Assembly: GCF_964355755.1 (NCBI RefSeq)
Contig: NC_092679.1
Span: forward strand, 14,987,432 to 15,051,431
Length of the DNA: 64,000 nucleotides
DNA from: Antedon mediterranea
Lineage: Eukaryota > Animalia > Echinodermata
Direction of reading: 5' to 3'
How positions within the stretch are numbered: position 1 is the first letter of the stretch; each line of letters opens with the position of its first letter. Below, piece by piece: positions 24,668 through 36,732 of the stretch. A program made the position numbers and the translations under genes. The notes beneath the pieces are model-generated. The model saw only the letters and a list, made by a program, of their open reading frames with translations, was not told the origin of the DNA and ran no database searches.

Positions 24668-24903
24668 CTCAGGTTTCGAAATGAAATGTACCGCAGAACT
24701 GGCACAATATATAGGCTGAGCCAGGTTTGCGGGACATGGTACAGTGATTATGAACACAAAGAGTGCACAAGCTCAACGAGCGTGCTTTGCAAAATGCTAA
24801 TAGTATTCACAACAAAAATGCACCGTTTCGAAATGAAGAGTGTTCTACAAAACAACATACTATATATGAATATAGCAGAAAGTAGAGGAGCGTAATATCC
24901 AAT

Positions 24904-24950
24904 CTGCAGAGACAGTACTGTTTCGATCTTATTAGATCTCGTCAGTGCAG
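24904..24950 (-). ncRNA. Type I hammerhead variant, repeat A3
   Basis: 281 bp from A2; extra UC after the GUC triplet. Confidence 0.75.
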
Positions 24951-25092
24951 CTCAGGTTTCGAAATGAAATGTACCGCAGAACTGGCACAATATATAGGCT
25001 GAGCCATGTATACGCGATTATGAGATCATGTTCCGAATATGAGCACTGTTTCTATAATTTACAGTATGATTTATATATAATTTACACAGTGC

Positions 25093-25276
<184 letters not shown>

Positions 25277-25782
25277 ACACCGGACCAACTACTAGTTATT
25301 CAACTACAAAAACAACATTTAATAGTGTATAATAGTATATTTTTATGTGTATGTATATATGTGTAATTTTGTTTTTATATTTTTATCCTAAATATTTTAT
25401 TGATGTTTCAATAAATTGCAGTACGCACTGAAACAGATGAAAAATTGACTTTTGATTTTATTACAGTACTCTATTTGCCTAGGCCTAACAAACGATTTGC
25501 TGTCACATTAAAGAAGGTCTAATAGCGGACTTGTATTTATTTCAAGCTGAAGATCTCAACAACCCATAGTTAGAAAATAAACATTGTTTGGCTACTCATT
25601 ATTTATAGAAAGTTGTTGGGTTTCTATAGAAAAGTGAATGAAACTTTTCAATATGTATTCAATCACAGATTTTCCAGTTCAGGAATTGTGAAGAATTGCC
25701 ATTATTATTATTGTTTGGCTGAGCTGGCTTTTAAATGGTCTGACCTTGTTAAAAATTTTACTTTTACTTGGTTTTACACAAA

Positions 25783-28700
25783 ATGGCGTTTGAACAAGAT
25801 AAAGGATGGGCTTATGTTGTTGCTCTAGCAAGCTGGTCAATTATAATATTCACAGATATGGCTTTCAGGTCTCCGGGAATATATTATACATATATGGCCG
25901 AGTATTTTGAAGCTTATGCTGTTAATGTTGGATTTGCTCTTTCTATGATCCGGACTCTCAAATTCTTATTAGGTAAAACTGGTTGTAGGTCAAAAACTTT
26001 AAATCAAGCAAATGCTTTATTGAACAGCATTTTCATGCAAATAGGTGTCATTATGACATTTACATTTGCATTAGGTTATTCATTGTTTTAATATTATTAT
26101 TCATTGTTTGCTGTGAATGGAACACCATCGTTAAACATTTATATTCAACTAGGACACTTACGCCTATATATAACAGTGATAACAGCAGAGGGAAGTAAAT
26201 GTTTGTGAATATAGAATCTATGTTATTCCTTATGACCATTTACACACAATGCACAGCGGACGGGTGGTTTCTGAAACAGGTTAACAGATTCTACGTGGGG
26301 ACAAGCTATCTACGTGGGACAAGCTACGTGGTTTTCAGCTTACTGTGTAAATTGGCCTTTACGGTAACCATAACCTACTTTATATAACGCAATAAGAAAC
26401 CACTTCATATTTGGACACTATCTTTTTTTGGTCCTGCTACCGGAATTTTGAATCTTGTCATTTATAGGTGTGCTGGGTGCCATTTTGATGGAAAGATGGA
26501 GTTGTCGACTAGTTACATTTTTTAGTAGTCTGTTAATAATGTCTGGAAGTTTTTTGATTTATTCGTCAACAAGTTTCTACCAACTAATCATCGCATGTAC
26601 ACTTATTGGTTAGTTTAACATTTTCTTTCTGTAAAGCTCTGTCTACACTATCAAACTAGTTTGACAAAAAAAAGTGTGATGTGCACAAATATGGTAGTGA
26701 TATGCCCAAACATAGTAGTGACATCATGATGTCCATATATGGGCACATCACACTTTTTTGTCACATAAAGTTTGATGAAGACAGAGCATAAACGTCAAGT
26801 TTTTTCTCTAGCAATTCAAAAGGGTTTTGCTGTTAGTAATGATAGAACCATGAAAGAAAGAGAAGCATTCACTAAGTTAAAAGGTGAATTAAAAACGCGA
26901 TTAAATGCAGGTGAGAAAGACATAGTTATCCGAAGTGGGAAGATTGTGAAGCTTTTTCGTTCCCAATAAAGAAAATAAAAACAGAAAGTTCTCTAATTTA
27001 AAAGAAAGTACGTTTTCCAATCAGAAATTTAACTTTTGGTACTCAAATTGTGATGGTTTTCTAAATAAGAAGTCAGAGTTACTTTCCCGTTTGGTTTCAG
27101 AAAAAGTTGATTTTATTGCATTGACAGAGATTTTACCAAAGCATTGTTTGTACCCGCCACTGATAAATGAATTTCGTGTCCAAGGTTACCAAGCATTTTT
27201 TTCGAATGAGGATTTTACTTCTGGTCGTGGTGTTTTAATTTATGTCAGAAATGGAATTTCAGTTTCTCAAATTTTCTTTAAGAAGAATAAGTTTGTAGAG
27301 TCAGTTTGGGTTAGAGTAAAAGAAGTAAAAACGGATCTTTTATTAGGTTGTGTTTACCGTAGCCCGACTTGTAGTATGGATAATAATATCAAGCTGAACT
27401 CATTGTTCCGTGAAGTATATAAATCATCTTTTTCTGATTTAATCGTTGTCGGCGATTTTAACTATAAAAGTATTAACTGGGAATTAAATTGTGTGTCTTC
27501 GGAAGATGGAGATTCCAGCAGAAGTTTCTTTGACACCATCAACGATCTATTTTTAATTCAACACGTTATGGAACCTACTAGATACAGAGAAGGCGAAACA
27601 CCCAATGTTTTGGATCTGGTTTTTACAGACAAAGAGAATACTATAAATGGCATTATGCAGTCTCCACCACTGGGTAAAAGCGACCATATGGTGTTACAAT
27701 TTTCATTGGATCTTGTAAGAGATGACAGAATTGAACCAAATATTCGAAGTTACAGGCATGGTAACTATGATTTGCTGCGCGAGAAAATTGGTTTGGTAGA
27801 TTGGGATGTGGTTTTCAATGACAAATCAGGTATTCAATCGTGGGACGAATTCGAGCATATTCTTGCGAAGAATATTGATGAGTGTATCCCGATGAGGAAG
27901 GTTTGCCACGGAAGAAAACCTCTTTGGATGAACAAAAAAATTGAAAAGCAGATTGCCAAAAAGAATAAATGTTGGAAACAGTATGTAAAGGCCAAGAGAA
28001 AACAAAAAGTATGTGTGTCAGCAAAATGGTCGAAGTTTGTCCAAGTAAGAAATCAAACAGTAGATCTGATTCGATGTAGTAAATCTGACTTCGAAAATAA
28101 AATAGCAATTGAGATCAAATCTAATGAAAAGTCTTTTTGGAGGTATCTCAGTTCTCAGATCAATATAAAGTCTGGTATACCCAACTTAACTGATAGTAAT
28201 GGAAGGCATGTGTCTGATGACAAGGATAAGGCTGAGTTGCTAAACACGTTTTTTAGTAGTGTATTTGTCGATGAAAATTTTTCGAATGTACCGGCTATTG
28301 ATGACATTTCAGAGGATTTTTTATCTCAAGTTGACTTTCCTTGTGACGAAATCTTAAATATTTTATCAACGTTGAATATTACTAAAACAGCTGGTCCTGA
28401 TGGTATTCACCCACGCATCTTAGTCGAACTAAAGGATATCATTTGCTATCCCCTCCATATTATTTTTACGAAATTGTTTCAAGAAGGAGCCGTCCCTAAT
28501 AGTTGGAAACGGGCTACAGTGGTACCGATTTTAAAAAAAGGAGTGAAGTCTGACCCAAGCAACTATAGACCTGTGAGTTTAACTTCGGTAGTTGGTAAAA
28601 TTATGGAGAGAATTATCAGGAAGGAATTATTGGACTTTCTTGAACATCACTCACTTATTTGTTATGAGCAATTTGGTTTCCGGCAAGGTCGTTCCTGTGC

Positions 28701-31700
28701 TTTACAATTACTTGATGTTCTTGAAAACTGGTTTTCTTATTTTGATAATCAGGATTGTTTTGATTGTATCTACCTTGACTACAAGAAGGCTTTCGATAGT
28801 GTGCCTCATCATAGACTCCTTCTGAAAATGAGTGCATTGGGTATTAGAGGTAAACTTCTAAACTGGTTTCAAGAATTTCTTAACGATAGACAACAACGGG
28901 TTAGTGTCAATGGATGTGTTTCAGATTGGGCTGATGTTCGTAGTGGTATCCCGCAAGGAAGCGTCGTTGGACCTGTTCTTTTCATTATGTTTATAAATGA
29001 TTTACCTTCTGTTATTTCTTCCTCTGTACGCATGTTTGCAGATGATACTAAATTGTATAGAGTAGTTAACACTGTGAATGATGCTCAAGTTCTACAAGAA
29101 GATTTAGAGAAAGCATGTGACTGGTCTGACAAATGGCAATTACCTTTTAACGAGGGTAAGTGCAAAGTAATGCACTTTGGGAAGAAAAACAACAAACATC
29201 TGTATGCCATGCGTGGTTTCTTATTGAATGAAGTTGATCATGAAAAAGACCTCGGTGTTACTATTGACTCTAAACTTGTTTTTAATGTACATGTGGCAGA
29301 TGTAGCAATGAGAGCAAATCGGAAGTTGGGCATGGTATATCGAGCTTTCAAGTTTTTAAATATGGATGGGTTTCTTCGTTTATATAAAGCTATTATTCGT
29401 CCGACCTTGGAATACTGCAACGTTGTTTTTAACTCGCTACATTGTAAGGAGGAAGACCTATTGGAAAAAGTCCAAGAACGTGCCACCAAGCTTATTTTTT
29501 CCATTCGTCATTTACCTTATTCAGAAAGGCTGAAAATTCTCAACCTACCTACTCTCGCATACAGAAGGCAAAGAGCTCATTTGATACAGATTTTTAAAAT
29601 TTTACATGGAGTGGATAGTATTTCTGCTGATTCTTTTTTTGAGCGTGATGAAGATGTTAGAACACGTGGTCATTCTTTTAAATTAAAATTTAAGTTCTCA
29701 CGCACAAATTGGATGAGGGACTCATTTGGTCGAAAAGCTATTATATTATGGAATTCGTTATCGGAGGATGTAGTAGCTTCAAGATCAACCAATCAATTTA
29801 AGTCCGGTCTTGAACGGGCATGGTCCAACCACCCTCTTAAATTTGCGCCATATTCAAGAGTTGATGTAATTATCAAGAGGGGCTTATAGGCATAGCCTAG
29901 CCTCGACTCCGGACCCAGCATTGCTGAGCTCCGGAAACAAGTAAACAAGTAAACAAGTAATATTCAACGTATATAAAAAGAAACTATTACTGACCTAGGC
30001 CTAGTTGGCTTTTGTTTTTCCTGACCTGTTATTATTGTTTTTTATTTGGTCGAATAAAAAATTAAAGGATTGTTTTTCTATACTAAATAATTGAAAAAAT
30101 GTCGATCTTCTCACAAAGATCACCTTAAAAGTAACAGGAATTATATTGCAATATATAGACCATTATCTTCTGAATTTATCATCGTCATGTTTCATTTATG
30201 AAGACATGTAAACAAAACTAATATGGCCACCTGAATTGAAAAGAAACACATTAAAAAGTGCGCATCTCGCTTTTACATGCCCGATTTTCTCTCCAAATGC
30301 TCAGGCATTAATAATAATAATGTAACCTGGTATACCAATATTTTCATTTTGAGGAATTAAAACATAAAAAATGTGAATAACTTGGATCAAATATTTTCAC
30401 CTATAAACTGAATATTATTTGAATTTGTTATAGCTCTCAGATTTTAAAGGTGACGTATTATGGAAGCTGTTAAAGTATAAATGTTAATTCATGAGAACAA
30501 AAATTGACTATCGTCCAATGTGACGGGTCCACATCTCGCTAATTTAATTTCAGGAATTGGATTAAGTTTGGCGAATTGTGTAAGCTACTATATCTTAGAT
30601 GTTTACTTCAAACAGCATTTTGAATTTGTAATATCAGTATTGCTGGTGATTAGAGGTATTGGTGCCATCATTTCAACACCAGTGACACAGGTAAACACAA
30701 GGTCACGGTGATCAAGTTTGTTTGTTTTTAAATTTTAAACCACAGATGGATGGATTTAGGAATCAATCTGGACCCGGATCTCAATTAATACTAAAATTAT
30801 AGTTCAGTCAATATACAATCTTTTTATTATTTGTACTAATTATATGCCATATGTCAAGGGCTACAAGACGGATCTTAACGATTCTTTATCCTTTTCTCTT
30901 TTTACTCTTGCCGGAAATTACAAGTCTTATATTACTTTTTGTGTTGGGCATCGTCTTCTTTAATTTGTAGGCCTATTTCATCATACATCTTTAGACGAAA
31001 GGTGGAATAAAAGTATAATGTTAGTCTATAGTAATAATCAAGCTAGAGATCTGTTATATATAAATATGCTAACAACTGCTTTGATTTGTTTAAACAGATA
31101 GTGGTTATGTTGTACGGATGGAAATCAGCTTTTCTTATTAATGCTGGCCTGTCATATCAGATTTTTGTTTGTGGCTCAGTTTTCAGAACTCCCAAAAAAA
31201 CAAATAGGAATAAAGACAACTTGAATATTTACAAACTTTGTCATTTTTCATTGTTTAAAAACAAAATGTTCCAAACTCTGCTGGTTGTATCATGTGTGCA
31301 AGCTGCGTCTGAAGGGATTATCCTAACCATGACAGACGATCTGGAAGAGCGTGGTGCATCGCTGTATTTAAGTCAATCAATTGGTATTATTTATGGCATT
31401 GGTAGTTTACTTGGAAGACCATTTCATTATGTTTTCAACAAGTGTTTTACAACTGACTTACTTATCCACTTGGCAATGTGTTTTCTTATCGCAACTTTTT
31501 CTACATTTATCAGTTGTGTATTCACAAGTGTGACGTCAGTGTTTTTGTACATCTTCATGTACAGTTTTTTTACTGGATGGATAGAATCGGTAAAACCATT
31601 ATTTATGAAATATGAAATTGATGCTGATGAATTTGCCTATGGGTATGCATGGACATATGTTTTCTATGGCCTTGGATCATGTATAATAATTCCTGTAACA

Positions 31701-32960
31701 GGTACGTAAGAACGTTTTTATTTATTTTTAGATTTATTACAGCAGGCAAAATTGTTACAGTAGCAATATAAAATCTGTCCTCAGTAACAATCGTGTATAG
31801 TTTGTAGGTATACTACATTTGGCGACAAACAGGATGAATAAAGTCAAGATAAACCAACTGTTTCAGTTTAAGTTTAAAGCTTTGTCTACACTATCAAACT
31901 TTATTTGACAAAAAAATGTGATGTACCCATATATGGACATGATGATGTCATATCACTACCATATTTAGAAATACAACTACCATATTTGAGCACATCACAC
32001 TTGTTTTGTCACATAAAGTTTGATAGTGTAGACAAAGCTTTAGGGAGTGGATTAGATGAGTCGACAGTTACGACCATAATACTAGGTCAGCTAAAAGCTA
32101 CAATCACACTTCCTAAAATTGATTATTCACCCTATTGAAGTTCCACCTTACAGTAAGGGGACACTTGTCTTTTAGGGCACCTGTCTTTTAGGACTCAACA
32201 AAGTTCCTCTTATGCTATAGCCCCGGCTATAGCGTACGGTATACGTACATTTCGCCTCGGTTGGTTTCACATGAAATTGCCGCCGTCATGGGTGTCCGTG
32301 GGGAAATTCTAGTAATGTAACCATAAAGGCCCATTTACACTAGGACGATAACGATCGACGATAAATAAACAAATATATTTATTTATACATAAAACAAACG
32401 AAATATAAAAACTTTTTATAGAATAATCATTTATGATGTCTTTGATGAAAATGATATTTTCACACGTCCAATCAAATGACGTCATGATTAGTAAGAGCAA
32501 TAATAATTATAATATCGTAACAATACAACGATGTTATTGTTTTTATCATGACTTGATTTGAATTTTAAAAATATTATTTTTATCAAAGACAGCATAAATG
32601 ATTATCCTATTATATATTTCTAGAATGAAAACCTTTCTAATTTTTTTTGTTTTAAATCCAATGACATATTAAAACGTTTATAACAATAAATAAGACAGGA
32701 TGTTTGGTCCTTTTATGGTTTTTCATCAGCGCCATGAACAAAAGTGGATATTGGCTTGATGGAACTAAAATGATCAACAAGCATTTTATTTTACAGGGCA
32801 TTATGTTTAAGAACTTTTGTATTTTTCAGGGTTACTTAGAGATTCAACTGGTTCTTACTGGGCATCAGAAGTATTATTTTTTGTGCTTAGTGGAATTGGA
32901 CTCGGAATAGTTCTTAATGTTATCTACCATAGAAGGATACATTACAAATTATTACAATAA
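25783..32960 (+). CDS. SLC16/MCT-like transporter, copy 2 (400 aa); exons 25783-25972, 26468-26608, 30554-30690, 31098-31701, 32830-32960
   Basis: Intact frame and splice sites; sense-oriented CR1 in intron 2. Confidence 0.85.
26792..29957 (+). mobile_element. 5'-truncated CR1 LINE (end of ORF1 plus intact ORF2)
   Basis: Absent at the homologous sites near 12110 and 47082; 3' tail of AACAAGTA octamers; ORF1 tail SNDRTMKERE..IRSGKIV; only a TAA micro-duplication. Confidence 0.93.
26950..29889 (+). CDS. CR1 ORF2, APE endonuclease + reverse transcriptase (frame open from 26950, no ATG before the endonuclease)
   Basis: YSNCDG, LTE, GDFN, LDLV, SDH; NYRPVSLTS, DYKKAFD, GIPQGS, FADD, TRGH. Confidence 0.92.
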   Translation, partial: SFFVPNKENKNRKFSNLKESTFSNQKFNFWYSNCDGFLNKKSELLSRLVSEKVDFIALTEILPKHCLYPPLINEFRVQGYQAFFSNEDFTSGRGVLIYVRNGISVSQIFFKKNKFVESVWVRVKEVKTDLLLGCVYRSPTCSMDNNIKLNSLFREVYKSSFSDLIVVGDFNYKSINWELNCVSSEDGDSSRSFFDTINDLFLIQHVMEPTRYREGETPNVLDLVFTDKENTINGIMQSPPLGKSDHMVLQFSLDLVRDDRIEPNIRSYRHGNYDLLREKIGLVDWDVVFNDKSGIQSWDEFEHILAKNIDECIPMRKVCHGRKPLWMNKKIEKQIAKKNKCWKQYVKAKRKQKVCVSAKWSKFVQVRNQTVDLIRCSKSDFENKIAIEIKSNEKSFWRYLSSQINIKSGIPNLTDSNGRHVSDDKDKAELLNTFFSSVFVDENFSNVPAIDDISEDFLSQVDFPCDEILNILSTLNITKTAGPDGIHPRILVELKDIICYPLHIIFTKLFQEGAVPNSWKRATVVPILKKGVKSDPSNYRPVSLTSVVGKIMERIIRKELLDFLEHHSLICYEQFGFRQGRSCALQLLDVLENWFSYFDNQDCFDCIYLDYKKAFDSVPHHRLLLKMSALGIRGKLLNWFQEFLNDRQQRVSVNGCVSDWADVRSGIPQGSVVGPVLFIMFINDLPSVISSSVRMFADDTKLYRVVNTVNDAQVLQEDLEKACDWSDKWQLPFNEGKCKVMHFGKKNNKHLYAMRGFLLNEVDHEKDLGVTIDSKLVFNVHVADVAMRANRKLGMVYRAFKFLNMDGFLRLYKAIIRPTLEYCNVVFNSLHCKEEDLLEKVQERATKLIFSIRHLPYSERLKILNLPTLAYRRQRAHLIQIFKILHGVDSISADSFFERDEDVRTRGHSFKLKFKFSRTNWMRDSFGRKAIILWNSLSEDVVASRSTNQFKSGLERAWSNHPLKFAPYSRVDVIIKRGL

Positions 32961-35600
32961 TATCTTATTTAATTTATTATCATGCACTTTAAGAGCTCCA
33001 CTTGATTTTCATTCTGAACCATTATTTAAGTGAAATCAAATGTACTTAAAATCACTGATCCATTCATAACATTCAAATCTCTATTTTTATGTTCTTGAAT
33101 TATTTTGTACAGCTACTAACATTAACAAATATAATTTTAGAAATCCACGTGAGATGCTTGTACCACTTCTTAGATTAACCAAATCTAAATACTGTATAAG
33201 CCTAACCTACTCAGTACAAACTCTGTGGAATGATTTAGATGATATACTTACTGGTTGTATTGTAAAACCGTAACAATTTTTAAGAAATGTATAAAGTATT
33301 TTTATTTGTCAAATTATCATGAGTAAAGATATAAATGTTCTCTGCATATATATATTTTGTTTTATACTTATATATTTGAAGTTTAAATATGGCGTTTACC
33401 CTTTTCCTTAATAAACTAATCCTAATATATTGTTTTATGAAGGGGCTGATTGAGACAAGTTTATTACTTCTAAACCAGATCCTAACCAAAAAAAAGGGGA
33501 AAATATTATGTTAAAATGTATGTTAAATAAAATATGTTTTTTTTTTGGTTGAATAAATATTACGAAAAAAACCCAAAAAAGTGGTCATTGTATAATTTAA
33601 AGCTAGTGATTATAGGTCGTGGGTTCGAGAGTGGCACCTGAAAGCAATTTGTACCACTATGCTGGTGTTGATTCATAAAGTTTGGTTCCCACTAGGAGTC
33701 AACATAAGGACGTAGAAACAACTCAAGCGAATTGACCAATGACAAGCAGCAGCTCAAATAATCCATCGCTCGTGATTGGTCAAATAACATGCATTACGCT
33801 TACTTCCTTGAGTGGAAACCAAGCATAAATTTAATCCAATATACTCCTAAACAACAATAATTACTGTGTACATGTTCACTTTCTTATATTAAGCTCTGTC
33901 TACACTATCAAATATGGTAGTGATATTGCCAAATATGGCAGTGATATGACATGACATAAAAACTATGATTGTGTAGACAGAGATTTAGACGTTTAAAAAA
34001 AAAATACACTATTATAAATTATGTGATGATTGTATAACTTATTTAAATGAATAAGCTTAGAAGAGATATCAGATTTTATAAATGTACACTGCTGTGTTCT
34101 TTATTACAACAATAAATATATACTAAAAATCAAATCAAAGCAGACTACAAACAACATGTATTCTGTATAACTACTGTATATCAATTTATTTATAATATAC
34201 TTTCACAATTTTTGTAGCATTATTCTCCGCTGCCGCCTCTCAAAAAAATAAATAAAATTATGATTAGGGGTTCTGATGTATACACCTTCAGTGCCATAAA
34301 TTCACAATTACAATATAGAATGTATTTATATTTATCAGGCAATATAATAATGTCTGATTTTAATAAATATTAATAAGTTTAGAGAAACTATGTTATTGAG
34401 TGCTGTATGTGCCTAAAATTTTAGAAAAATATAAAAAGATACAACTTCATTTTTTACAATTGTTAGGCCTTGATCCCGCAATTAGTATAAGCATTTCAAA
34501 GTCTTGGATCCATCATGGATAACCAACACCAGTGGCGTAACGCAGAGGCCTAAGGCCCCTGGTTTAGGAACGATAAGTGGCTCTCCAACACTGGATGCAT
34601 CAGGTGTTTATAGCCTTTTTTGACATACTTTAATGCTCAGGGCCTCCATAAGCCCCGGGCCCCTGGGTTTAGCCAGTGAGTGCTCATAGCCATTACGCCA
34701 CGTGACCAACACCATTAACCTATTCTGTGTTAAAACACAACACTATTAATCTGTTACACTTAAATTATATTTCTTAATAAATATTGACTTAAGAATATAT
34801 CAAGGTAATGACATTAGAACCTTTATTAAGGGGACACCTTACGGAACCAATAAAGTGTCTCCTTAATTGAGTTGATTTGTGTTGAAACATATATTGGCCT
34901 TTGTTTAATTTAAGAAAGTGTCCCCTTAATAGGTGTCTAAAAGGAGAAATTTTCAAATGCATAATTTAATAAATCTATGGTAATTATGTAAGATTGTAGA
35001 TTTTGTTTTTGTAAATTGAAGTTTGAATTTAGATTTTAAAAATATTTTAAAGGTTTATTTTGAAATGTCTTATTCTTGTCTGTAATTTTCAAGTTTTAAT
35101 TTTTTGCTTAAAGCATATTTCTAAATTATTAAAAATATTAAGCACATTACATTATTCAACAAACATATCTAAAAATATCATCTATCTAATCTAATCTTTA
35201 AAACAAAAATGCAGATATACATTTAAATATAAATATTATGTCAACCACATACAAAAAATGTTACATCTATTTGATGAGGTATACAGTAGAAGCTACATTA
35301 AAGAGATATTTTCCCTTATAGGAGTGTGCCCTGAATATGGGTTGGCCATAGTGTTAAACCATATATTTCAAAATATCACAGTAAAGTGTGGTCCTTTTAA
35401 TATATAAGGGCGTCCTCTGGATAGGTTCTACTGTATTCATCTTTTTGTTCTTATAAATAATTATTACTTTAGTAATGATAGGAACACTGATTTTGTCCAG
35501 ACAGCTTTCAAAACATGCTATCCATCTAATATGCTGTTCATCCATCTTATATCTTCAGCCTTTTATTTCAGTTGCAAAATCTTGATAAATATTAACCTCT

Positions 35601-35982
35601 TCAACTAGTTTTCCATAAAAACAAACTAAAAAGAATGCTTTAATTTCAAATTTTAATATATCAAATACAAAATATAGTTATCAATGCTAGTCATGCTATA
35701 ATATGGTGTATGAGAATATCAGCATGAGGCAGAAATGTTCGATTTTCTCACTACCCACCCCAATTTCCCAGTAGTCATATTTTATTTTAATAGTATATTT
35801 AAAGCATCTTTGCCTCGTCTGTTTTTAACCTCTCGCTACGCCCTTGGCTTTTGAATTTTGTTTTGTTTGTTACATGCTTACCAGCAGTCATCGGCACCAG
35901 CGGTGATCAAGTAACGGTCATCAAATGTGAATTTTACATTAGTCACATGAGCTGAATGTCCAACATACTTCTTATGTGGTGC
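35601..35982 (-). pseudogene. Second duplicate of the EML last two exons (35982-35882, 35625-35601)
   Basis: Matches the unit 1 duplicate. Confidence 0.88.
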
Positions 35983-36732
35983 CTAACAAAATAGATACAT
36001 AAATTATGGTATAATTAAGTTATGGGTATTCTGACCAAGGCAATCCGACAACAGGAAACTGAACTCGCCTTATCAAGATAGGAACTCGTAACAGTCCTTT
36101 GATCTTGGGTCTGGCTGCGACAAATACCAACAGTACTGTACTATGTACATATTCTCAACAGAGCATGGTGTATGTTAAGGGGCATGGAACTGATCTTGTT
36201 GCAGCCACAGATAAACCCTTTGACCTCTGGGCTGAAGCTCAGCATCCTGTTTTTAAATTGCATTGTTCTGACCAATGTTGTTTTAAATGTTTTTAATTGG
36301 ATTCTATGCTTTATATACCATTTTATAAATATTTATTGTGAGATAACCAATCAATGAGTGGGAATGCAAATTGTAACCCTACATATGATCAGCGTTATCT
36401 TGTCTAAGATTAAACAACATGCTTGTACTGATTGGAAGAATGATCTTGCACTAATATCTTCTCAATCAGACTATCAAATTATTATTTTTAAAAAACCCTG
36501 CCTAATAAAATTACTCTGGACACACCTTCTCTCTAGAAGGAGGGTTAGATTGTAGTTGCATTCTTACATATTTGTTTCCATACCAACCTGTAACAAATAA
36601 TTAATGATAAAATAGATAACGAGTGTTCAAAATGTTTGAAATCGCGTCCACTACTCACTCACGCAATACTCAAACGATTGTCGTATGCAAATAATTTAAG
36701 ACATTAAAACAAAAATGATTCACAACTGTACT

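Noticed and set aside
23538-24895. Repeated [15 protein letters not shown]..
   Set aside because: GTG-started chance frames on the strand opposite the hammerhead repeat; no family resemblance.
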